Part shown: positions 49,104 through 61,100 of the stretch, piece after piece
How positions within the stretch are numbered: position 1 is the first letter of the stretch
Layout of the letters: every line of letters starts with the position of its first letter
Source of the DNA: Eledone cirrhosa
Taxonomy: Eukaryota
Assembly: GCA_964016885.1 (NCBI GenBank)
Contig: OZ024740.1
Location: 290,346,001 to 290,410,000, forward strand
DNA length: 64,000 nucleotides
Reading direction: 5' to 3'
Notes under the pieces: generated by a model
Told to the model about the DNA's origin: nothing
Database searches by the model: none
What the model saw: only the letters and a program-made list of their open reading frames with translations
Made by a program: the position numbers and the translations under genes

Positions 49104-52100
49104 TCATGTTGTCATTGATATTGCTGTTATTACTGTTGTTGTTACACTTGCTTCTGTTGTTGGTGTTGTTGATGTTGTCATTGATATTGCTGTTATTAAT
49201 GTTGTTGTTATCCTTCCTTCTGTTGACGGAGTTGTTGATGTTGTTATTGATATTGCTATTATTAATGTTGTTGTTATCCTTCCTTCTGTTGTTGGTGTTG
49301 TTGTTGATGTCATTGATATTGCTGTTATTACTATTGTTCTTACTCTTGCTTCTGTTGTTGGAGTTGTTGATGTTGTCAATGATATTGCTGTTATTACTGT
49401 TGTTGTTACTCTTGCTTCTGTTGTTGGTGTTGTTGATGTTGTCATTGATATTTCTGTTATTACTGTTGTTCTTACCCTTGCTTCTGTTTTTGGAGTTGTT
49501 GATGTTGTCATTGATATTCCTGTTATTACAGTTGTTGTTACACTTGCTTCTGTTGTTGGTGTTGTTGATTTTGTCATTGATATTGCTGTTATTACTGTTG
49601 TTGTTACTCTTGCTTCTGTTTTTGGAGATGTTGATGTTGTCATTGATATTGCTGTTATTACACTTGTTGTTACACTTGCTTCTGTTGTTGGTGTTGTTGA
49701 TGTTGTCATTGATATTGTTGTTATTAATGTTGTTGTTACTCTTGCTTCTGTTTTTGGAGATGTTGATGTTGTCATTGATATTGCTGTTATTACTGTTATT
49801 GTTACTCTTCCTTCTGTTGTTGGAGTTGTTGATGTTGTCATTGATATTGCTGTTATTAGAGTTGTTGTTACTCTTCCTTCTGTTGTTGGAGTTGTTGATG
49901 TTGTCATTGATATTGCTGATATTAATTTTGTTGTTACTCTTCCTTCTGCTGTTGGAGCTGTTGATGTTGTCATTGATATTGCTGTTATTACTGTTGTTGT
50001 TACTCTTCCTTCTGTTGTTGGAGTTGTTGATGTTGTCATTGATATTGCTGTTATTACTGTTGTTGTTACTCTTGCTTCTGTGGGTGGAGTTGTTGATGTT
50101 GTCATTGATATTGCTGTTATTACTGATGTTATTACTCTTGCTTCTGTTGTTGGAGTTGTTGATGTTGTCATTGATATTGCTGTTATTACTGATGTTATTA
50201 CTCTTGCTTTTGTTGTTGGAGTTGTTGATGTTGTCATTGATATTGCTGTTATTTCTGATGTTGTTACTCTTGCTTCTGTTGTTGGAGTTGTTGATGTTGT
50301 CATTGATATTGCTGTTATTACTGATGTTATTACTCTTGCTTCTGTTGTTGGAGTTGTTGATGTTGTCATTGATATTGCTGTTATTACTGTTGTTGTTACT
50401 CTTGCTTCTGTTGTTGGAGTTGTTGATGTTGTCATTGATATTGCTGTTATTACTGATGTTATTACTCTTGCTTCTGTTGTTGGAGTTGTTGATGTTGTCA
50501 TTGATATTGCTGTTATTACTGTTGTTCTTACCCTTGCTTCTGTTGTTGGAGTTGTTGATGTTGTCATTGATATTGCTGTTATTACTGTTGTTGTTACTCT
50601 TCCTTCTGTTGTTGGAGTTGTTGATGTTGTCATTGATATTGCTGTTATTGCTGTTGTTCTTACTCTTGCTTCTGTTGTTGGAGTTGTTGATGTTGTCATT
50701 GATATTGCTGTTATTACTGTTATTGTTACTCTTCCTTCTGTTGTTGGAGTTGTTGATGTTGTCATTGATATTGCTGTTATTACTGTTGTTGTTACTCTTC
50801 CTTCTGTTGTTGGAGTTGTTGATGTTGTCATTGATATTGCTGATATTACTGTTGTTGTTACTCTTCCTTCTGCTGTTGGAGTTGTTGATGTTGTCATTGA
50901 TATTGCTGTTATTACTGTTGTTGTTACTCTTCCTTCTGTTGTTGGAGTTGTTGATGTTGTCATTGATATTGCTGTTATTACTGTTGTTGTTACTCTTGCT
51001 TCTGTGGGTGGAGTTGTTGATGTTGTCATTGATATTGCTGTTATTACTGTTGTTGTTACTCTTCCTTCTGTTGTTGGAGTTGTTGATGTTGTCATTGATA
51101 ATGCTGTTATTACTGTTGTTGTTACTCTTGCTTCTTTTGTTGGAGTTGTTGATGTTGTCATTGATATTGCTGTTATTACTGTTGTTGTTACTCTTGCTTC
51201 TGTTGTTGGAGTTGTTGATGTTGTCATTGATATTGCTGTTATTACTGTTGTTGTTACTCTTGCTTCTGCTGTTGGTGTTGTTGATGTTGTCATTGATATT
51301 GCTGTTATTACTGATGTTCTTACTCTTGCTTCTGTTGTTGGAGTTGTTGATGTTGTCATTGATATTGCTGTTATTACTGTTATTGTTACTCTTCCTTCTG
51401 TTGTTGGCGTTGTTGATGTTGTCATTGATATTGCTGTTATTACTGTTGTTGTTACTCTTCCTTCTGTTGTTGGAGTTGTTGATGTTGTCATTGATATTGC
51501 TGTTATTACTGTTGTTGTTACTCTTGCTTCTGCTGTTGGAGTTGTTGATGTCGTCATTGATATTGCTGATATTACTGTTGTTGTTACTCTTGCTTCTATT
51601 GTTGGAGTTGTTGATGTTGTCATTGATATTGCTGTTATTACTGTTGTTGTTACTCTTACTTCTGCTGTTGGAGTTGTTGATGTTGTCATTGATAATGCTG
51701 TTATTACTGTTGTTGTTACTCTTGCTTCTTTTGTTGGAGTTGTTGATGTTGTCATTGATATTGCTGTTATTACTGTTGTTGTTACTCTTGCTTCTGTTGT
51801 TGGAGTTGTTGATGTTGTCATTGATATTGCTGTTATTACTGTTATTGTTACTCTTGCTTCTGCTGTTGGTGTTGTTGATGTTGTCATTGATATTGCTGTT
51901 ATTACTGATGTTATTACTCTTGCTTCTGATGTTGGAGTTCTTGATGTTGTCATTGATATTGCTGTCATTGCTGTTGTTGTTACTCTTGCTTCTGTTGTTG
52001 GAGTTGTTGATGTTGTCATTGATATTGCTGTTATTACTGTTGTTGTTACTCTTGCTTCTGTTGTTGGAGTTGTTGATGTTGTCATTGATATTGCTGTTAT

Positions 52101-55100
52101 TACTGTTGTTGTTACTCTTGCTTCTGTTGTTGGAGTTGTTGATGTTGTCATTGATATTGCTGATATTACTGTTGTTGTTACTCTTGCTTCTGTGGGTGGA
52201 GTTGTTGATGTTGTCATTGATATTGCTGTTATTACTGTTGTTGTTACTCTTGCTTCTGTTGTTGCAGTTGTTGATGTTGTCATTGATATTGCTGTTATTA
52301 CTGTTGTTGTTACTCTTGCTTCTGTTGGTGGAGTTGTTGATGTTGTCATTGATATTGCTGTTATTACTGTTGTTGTTACTCTTGCTTCTGTTGGTGGAGT
52401 TGTTGATGTTGTCATTGATATTGCTGATATTACTGTTGTTGTTACTCTTGCTTCTGCTGTTGGAGTTGTTGATGTGGTCATTGATATTGCTGTTATTACT
52501 GTTGTTGTTACTCTTGCTTCTCTTGGTGGAGTTGTTGATGTTGTCATTGATATTGCTGTTATTACTGTTGTTGTTACTCTTGCTTCTGTTGGTGGAGTTG
52601 TTGATGTTGTCATTGATATTGCTGTTATTACTGTTGTTGTTACTCTTGCTTCTCTTGGTGGAGTTGTTGATGTTGTCATTGATATTGCTGTTATTACTGT
52701 TGTTGTTACTCTTGCTTCTGTTGGTGGAGTTGTTGATGTTGTCATTGATATTGCTGTTATTACTGTTGTTGTTACTCTTGCTTTTGTTGTTGGAGTTGTT
52801 GATGTTGTCATTGATATTGCTGTTATTACTGTTATTGTTACTCTTCCTTCTGTTGTTGGAGTTGTTGATGTTGTCATTGATATTGCTGTTATTACTGTTG
52901 TTGTTACTCTTCCTTCTGTTGTTGGAGTTGTTGATGTTGTCATTGATATTGCTGTTATTACTGTTGTTCTTACTCTTGCTTCTGTTGTTGGAGTTGTTGA
53001 TGTTGTCATTGATATTGCTGTTATTACTGTTGTTGTTACTCTTCCTTCTGTTGTTGGAGTTGTTGATGTTGTCATTGATATTGCTGTTATTACTGTTGTT
53101 GTTACTCTTGCTTCTCTTGGTGGAGTTGTTGATGTTGTCATTGATATTGCTGTTATTACTGTTGTTGTTACTCTTGCTTCTGTTGGTGGAGTTGTTGATG
53201 TTGTCATTGATATTGCTGTTATTACTGTTGTTGTTACTCTTGCTTTTGTTGTTGGAGTTGTTGATGTTGTCATTGATATTGCTGTTATTACTGTTATTGT
53301 TACTCTTCCTTCTGTTGTTGGAGTTGTTGATGTTGTCATTGATATTGCTGTTATTACTGTTGTTGTTACTCTCCCTTCTGTTGTTGGAGTTGTTGATCTT
53401 GTCATTGATATTATTGTTATTGCTGTTGTTCTTACTCTTGCTTCTGTTGTTGGAGTTGTTGATGTTGTCATTGATATTGCTGTTATTACTGTTGTTGTTA
53501 CTCTTCCTTCTGTTGTTGGAGTTGTTGATGTTGTCATTGATATTGCTGTTATTGCTGTTGTTGTTACTCTTGCTTCTGTTGTTGGAGTTGTTGATGTTGT
53601 CATTGATATTGCTGTTATTACTGTTATTGTTACTCTTCCTTCTGTTGTTGGAGTTGTTGATGTTGTCATTGATATTGCTGTTATTACTGATGTTGTTACT
53701 CTTCCTTCTGTTGTTGGAGTTGTTGATGGTGTCATTGATATTGCTGATATTACTGTTGTTGTTACTCTTCCTTCTGCTGTTGGAGTTGTTGATGTTGTCA
53801 TTGATATTGCTGTTATTACTGTTGTTGTTACTCTTCCTTCTGCTGTTGGAGTTGTTGATGTTGTCATTGATATTGCTGTTATTACTGTTGTTGTTACTCT
53901 TGCTTCTGTGGGTGGAGTTGTTGATGTTGTCATTGATATTGCTGTTATTACTGTTGTTGTTACTCTTCCTTCTGTTGTTGGAGTTGTTGATGTTGTCATT
54001 GATATTGCTGTTATTGCTGTTGTTCTTACTCTTGCTTCTGTTGTTGGAGTTGTTGATGTTGTCATTGATATTGCTGTTATTACTGTTATTGTTACTCTTC
54101 CTTCTGTTGTTGGAGTTGTTGATGTTGTCATTGATATTGCTGTTATTAGAGTTGTTGTTACTCTTCCTTCTGTTATTGGAGTTGTTGATGTTGTCATTGA
54201 TATTGCTGATATTAATTTTGTTGTTACTCTTCCTTCTGCTGTTGGAGCTGTTGATGTTGTCATTGATATTGCTGTTATTACTGTTGTTGTTACTCTTCCT
54301 TCTGTTGTTGGAGTTGTTGATGTTGTCATTGATATTGCTGTTATTACTGTTGTTGTTAGTCTTGCTTCTGTGGGTGGAGTTGTTGATGTTGTCATTGATA
54401 TTGCTGTTATTACTGATGTTATTACTCTTGCTTCTGTTGTTGGAGTTGTTGATGTTGTCATTGATATTGCTGTTATTACTGATGTTATTACTCTTGCTTC
54501 TGTTGTTGGAGTTGTTGATGTTGTCATTGATATTGCTGTTATTTCTGTTGTTGTTACTCTTGCTTCTGTTGTTGGAGTTGTTGATGTTGTCATTGATATT
54601 GCTGTTATTACTGATGTTATTACTCTTGCTTCTGTTGTTGGAGTTGTTGATGTTGTCATTGATATTGCTGTTATTACTGTTGTTGTTACTCTTGCTTCTG
54701 TTGTTGGAGTTGTTGATGTTGTCATTGATATTGATGTTATTACTGATGTTATTACTCTTGCTTCTGTTGTTGGAGTTGTTGATGTTGTCATTGATATTGC
54801 TGTTATTACTGTTGTTCTTACCCTTGCTTCTGTTGTTGGAGTTGTTGATGTTGTCATTGATATTGCTGTTATTACTGATGTTATTACTCTTGCTTCTGTT
54901 GTTGGAGTTGTTGATGTTGTCATTGATATTGCTGTTATTACTGATGTTATTAGTCTTGCTTCTGTTGTTGGAGTTGTTGATGTTGTCATTGATATTGTTG
55001 TTATTACTGTTGTTGTTACTCTTACTTCTGCTGTTGGTGTTGTTGATGTTGTCATTGATATTGCTGTTATTACTGTTGTTGTTACTCTTCCTTCTGTTGT

Positions 55101-58100
55101 TGGAGTTGTTGATGTTGTCATTGATATTGCTGTTATTGCTGTTGTTCTTACTCTTGCTTCTGTTGTTGGAGTTGTTGATGTTGTCATTGATATTGCTGTT
55201 ATTACTGTTATTGTTACTCTTCCTTCTGTTGTTGGAGTTGTTGATGTTGTCATTGATATTGCTGTTATTACTGTTGTTGTTACTCTTGCTTCTGTTGTTG
55301 GAGTTGTTGATGTTGTCATTGATATTGCTGTTATTACTGTTGTTGTTACTCTTGCTTCTGTTGGTGGAGTTGTTGATGTTGTCATTGATATTGCTGTTAT
55401 TACTGTTGTTGTTACTCTTGCTTCTGTTGGTGGAGTTGTTGATGTTGTCATTGATATTGCTGTTATTACTGTTGTTGTTACTCTTGCTTCTGTTGTTGGA
55501 GTTGTTGATGTTGTCATTGATATTGCTGTTATTACTGTTGTTGTTACTCTTGCTTCTGTTGGTGGAGTTGTTGATGTTGTCATTGATATTGCTGTTATTA
55601 CTGTTGTTGTTACTCTTGCTTCTGTTGGTGGAGTTGTTGATGTTGTCATTGATATTGCTGTTATTACTGTTGTTGTTACTCTTGCTTCTGTTGGTGGAGT
55701 TGTTGATGTTGTCATTGATATTGCTGATATTACTGTTGTTGTTACTCTTGCTTCTGTTGTTGGAGTTGTTGATGTTGTCATTGATATTGCTGTTATTACT
55801 GTTGTTGTTACTCTTGCTTCTGTTGTTGGAGTTGTTGATGTTGTCATTGATATTGCTGATATTACTGTTGTTGTTACTCTTGCTTCTCTTGGTGGAGTTG
55901 TTGATGTTGTCATTGATATTGCTGTTATTACTGTTATTGTTACTCTTCCTTCTGTTGTTGGAGTTGTTGATGTTGTCATTGATATTGCTGTTATTACTGT
56001 TATTGTTACTCTTGCTTCTTTTGTTGGAGTTGTTGATGTTGTCATTGATATTGCTGTTATTACTGTTGTTGTTACTCTTGCTTCTGTTGTTGGAGTTGTT
56101 GATGTTGTCATTGATATTGCTGATATTACTGTTGTTGTTACTCTTGCTTCTGTGGGTGGAGTTGTTGATGTTGTCATTGATATTGCTGTTATTACTGTTG
56201 TTGTTACTCTTGCTTCTGTTGTTGGAGTTGTTGATGTTGTCATTGATATTGCTGTTATTACTGTTGTTGTTACTCTTGCTTCTGTTGGTGGAGTTGTTGA
56301 TGTTGTCATTGATATTGCTGTTATTACTGTTGTTGTTACTCTTGCTTCTGTTGGTGGAGTTGTTGATGTTGTCATTGATATTGCTGATATTACTGTTGTT
56401 GTTACTCTTGCTTCTCTTGGTGGAGTTGTTGATGTTGTCATTGATATTGCTGTTATTACTGTTGTTGTTACTCTTGCTTCTGTTGGTGGAGTTGTTGATG
56501 TTGTCATTGATATTGCTGTTATTACTGTTGTTGTTACTCTTGCTTTTGTTGTTGGAGTTGTTGATGTTGTCATTGATATTGCTGTTATTACTGTTATTGT
56601 TACTCTTCCTTCTGTTGTTGGAGTTGTTGATGTTGTCATTGATATTGCTGTTATTACTGTTGTTGTTACTCTTCCTTCTGTTGTTGGAGTTGTTGATGTT
56701 GTTATTGATATTGCTGTTATTACTGTTGTTGTTACTCTTCCTTCTGTTGTTGTAGTTGTTGATGTTGTCATTGATATTGCTGTTATTACTGTTGTTGTTA
56801 CTCTTCCTTCTGTTGTTGGAGTTGTCGATGTTGTCATTGATATTATTGTTATTGCTGTTGTTCTTACTCTTGCTTCTGTTGTTGGAGTTGTTGATGTTGT
56901 CATTGATATTGCTGTTATTACTGTTGTTGTTACTCTTGCTTCTGTTGTTGGAGTTGTTGATGTTGTCATTGATATTGCTGTTATTGCTGTTGTTCTTACT
57001 CTTGCTTCTGTTGTTGGAGTTGTTGATGTTGTCATTGATATTGCTGTTATTACTGTTATTGTTACTCTTCCTTCTGCTGTTGGAGTTGTTGATGTTGTCA
57101 TTGATATTGCTGTTATTACTGTTGTTGTTACTCTTCCTTCTGCTGTTGGAGTTGTTGATGTTGTCATTGATATTGCTGTTATTACTGTTGTTGTTACTCT
57201 TGCTTCTGTGGGTGGAGTTGTTGATGTTGTCATTGATATTGCTGTTATTACTGTTGTTGTTACTCTTCCTTCTGTTGTTGGAGTTGTTGATGTTGTCATT
57301 GATATTGCTGTTATAGCTGTTGTTCTTACTCTTGCTTCTGTTGTTGGAGTTGTTGATGTTGTCATTGATATTGCTGTTATTACTGTTATTGTTACTCTTC
57401 CTTCTGTTGTTGGAGTTGTTGATGTTGTCATTGATATTGCTGTTATTACTGTTGTTGTTACTCTTCCTTCTGTTGTTGGAGTTGTTGATGTTGTCATTGA
57501 TATTGCTGTTATTAGAGTTGTTGTTACTCTTCCTTCTGTTGTTGGAGTTGTTGATGTTGTCATTGATATTGCTGTTATTACTGTTGTTGTTACTCTTGCT
57601 TCTGTGGGTGGAGTTGTTGATGTTGTCATTGATATTGCTGATATTAATTTTGTTGTTACTCTTCCTTCTGCTGTTGGAGCTGTTGATGTTGTCATTGATA
57701 TTGCTGTTATTACTGTTGTTGTTACTCTTCCTTCTGTTGTTGGAGTTGTTGATGTTGTCATTGATATTGCTGTTATTACTGTTGTTGTTACTCTTGCTTC
57801 TGTGGGTGGAGTTGTTGATGTTGTCATTGATATTGCTGATATTAATTTTGTTGTTACTCTTCCTTCTGCTGTTGGAGCTGTTGATGTTGTCATTGATATT
57901 GCTGTTATTACTGTTGTTGTTACTCTTCCTTCTGTTGTTGGAGTTGTTGATGTTGTCATTGATATTGCTGTTATTACTGTTGTTGTTACTCTTGCTTCTG
58001 TGGGTGGAGTTGTTGATGTTGTCATTGATATTGCTGTTATTACTGATGTTATTACTCTTGCTTCTGTTGTTGGAGTTGTTGATGTTGTCATTGATATTGC

Positions 58101-61100
58101 TGTTATTACTGATGTTATTACTCTTAGTTCTGTTGTTGGAGTTGTTGATGTTGTCATTGATATTGCTGTTATTTCTGTTGTTGTTACTCTTGCTTCTGTT
58201 GTTGGAGTTGTTGATGTTGTCATTGATATTGCTGTTATTACTGATGTTATTACTCTTGCTTCTGTTGTTGGAGTTGTTGATGTTGTCATTGATATTGCTG
58301 TTATTACTGTTGTTGTTACTCTTGCTTCTGTTGTTGGAGTTGTTGATGTTGTCATTGATATTGCTGTTATTACTGATGTTATTACTCTTGCTTCTGTTGT
58401 TGGAGTTGTTGATGTTGTCATTGATATTGCTGTTATTACTGTTGTTCTTACCCTTGCTTCTGTTGTTGGAGTTGTTGATGTTGTCATTGATATTGCTGTT
58501 ATTACTGATGTTATTACTCTTGCTTCTGTTGTTGGAGTTGTTGATGTTGTCATTGATATTGCTGTTATTACTGATGTTATTAGTCTTGCTTCTGTTGTTG
58601 GAGTTGTTGATGTTGTCATTGATATTGTTGTTATTACTGTTGTTGTTACTCTTACTTCTGCTGTTGGTGTTGTTGATGTTGTCATTGATATTGCTGTTAT
58701 TACTCTTGTTGTTACTCTTCCTTCTGTTGTTGGATTTGTTGATGTTGTCATTGATATTGCTGTTATTGCTGTTGTTCTTACTCTTGCTTCTGTTGTTGGA
58801 GTTGTTGATGTTGTCATTGATATTGCTGATATTACTGTTGTTGTTACTCTTCCTTCTGCTGTTGGAGTTGTTGATGTTGTCATTGATATTGCTGTTATTA
58901 CTGTTGTTGTTACTCTTCCTTCTGTTGTTGGAGTTGTTGATGTTGTCATTGATATTGCTGTTATTACTGTTGTTGTTACTCTTGCTTCTGTGGGTGGAGT
59001 TGTTGATGTTGTCATTGATATTGCTGTTATTACTGATGTTATTACTCTTGCTTCTGTTGTTGGAGTTGTTGATGTTGTCATTGATATTGCTGTTATTACT
59101 GATGTTATTACTCTTAGTTCTGTTGTTGGAGTTGTTGATGTTGTCATTGATATTGCTGTTATTTCTGTTGTTGTTACTCTTGCTTCTGTTGTTGGAGTTG
59201 TTGATGTTGTCATTGATATTGCTGTTATTACTGATGTTATTACTCTTGCTTCTGTTGTTGGAGTTGTTGATGTTGTCATTGATATTGCTGTTATTACTGT
59301 TGTTGTTACTCTTGCTTCTGTTGTTGGAGTTGTTGATGTTGTCATTGATATTGCTGTTATTACTGATGTTATTACTCTTGCTTCTGTTGTTGGAGTTGTT
59401 GATGTTGTCATTGATATTGCTGTTATTACTGTTGTTCTTACCCTTGCTTCTGTTGTTGGAGTTGTTGATGTTGTCATTGATATTGCTGTTATTACTGATG
59501 TTATTACTCTTGCTTCTGTTGTTGGAGTTGTTGATGTTGTCATTGATATTGCTGTTATTACTGATGTTATTAGTCTTGCTTCTGTTGTTGGAGTTGTTGA
59601 TGTTGTCATTGATATTGTTGTTATTACTGTTGTTGTTACTCTTACTTCTGCTGTTGGTGTTGTTGATGTTGTCATTGATATTGCTGTTATTACTGTTGTT
59701 GTTACTCTTCCTTCTGTTGTTGGATTTGTTGATGTTGTCATTGATATTGCTGTTATTGCTGTTGTTCTTACTCTTGCTTCTGTTGTTGGAGTTGTTGATG
59801 TTGTCATTGATATTGCTGATATTACTGTTGTTATTACTCTTCCTTCTGCTGTTGGAGTTGTTGATGTTGTCATTGATATTGCTGTTATTACTGTTGTTGT
59901 TACTCTTCCTTCTGTTGTTGGAGTTGTTGATGTTGTCATTGATATTGCTGTTATTACTGTTGTTGTTACTCTTGCTTCTGTGGGTGGAGTTGTTGATGTT
60001 GTCATTGATATTGCTGTTATTACTGTTGTTGTTACTCTTCCTTCTGTTGTTGGAGTTGTTGATGTTGTCATTGATATTGCTGTTATTGCTGTTGTTCTTA
60101 CTCTTGCTTCTGTTGTTGGAGTTGTTGATGTTGTCATTGATATTGCTGTTATTACTGTTATTGTTACTCTTCCTTCTGTTGTTGGAGTTGTTGATGTTGT
60201 CATTGATATTGCTGTTATTACAGTTGTTGTTACTCTTCCTTCTGTTGTTGGAGTTGTTGATGTTGTCATTGATATTGCTGATATTAGTTTTGTTGTTACT
60301 CTTCCTTCTGCTGTTGGAGCTGTTGATGTTGTCATTGATATTGCTGTTATTACTGTTGTTGTTACTCTTCCTTCTGTTGTTGGAGTTGTTGATGTTGTCA
60401 TTGATATTGCTGTTATTACTGTTGTTGTTACTCTTGCTTCTGTGGGTGGAGTTGTTGATGTTGTCATTGATATTGCTGTTATTACTGATGTTATTACTCT
60501 TGCTTCTGTTGTTGGAGTTGTTGATGTTGTCATTGATATTGCTGTTATTACTGATGTTATTACTCTTGCTTCTGTTGTTGGAGTTGTTGATGTTGTCATT
60601 GATATTGCTGTTATTTCTGTTGTTGTTACTCTTGCTTCTGTTGTTGGAGTTGTTGATGTTGTCATTGATATTGCTGTTATTACTGATGTTATTACTCTTG
60701 CTTCTGTTGTTGGAGTTGTTGATGTTGTCATTGATATTGCTGTTATTACTGTTGTTGTTACTCTTGCTTCTGTTGTTGGAGTTGTTGATGTTGTCATTGA
60801 TATTGCTGTTATTACTGATGTTATTACTCTTGCTTCTGTTGTTGGAGTTGTTGATGTTGTCATTGATATTGCTGTTATTACTGTTGTTCTTACCCTTGCT
60901 TCTGTTGTTGGAGTTGTTGATGTTGTCATTGATATTGCTGTTATTACTGATGTTATTACTCTTGCTTCTGTTGTTGGAGTTGTTGATGTTGTCATTGATA
61001 TTGCTGTTATTACTGATGTTATTAGTCTTGCTTCTGTTGTTGGAGTTGTTGATGTTGTCATTGATATTGTTGTTATTACTGTTGTTGTTACTCTTACTTC

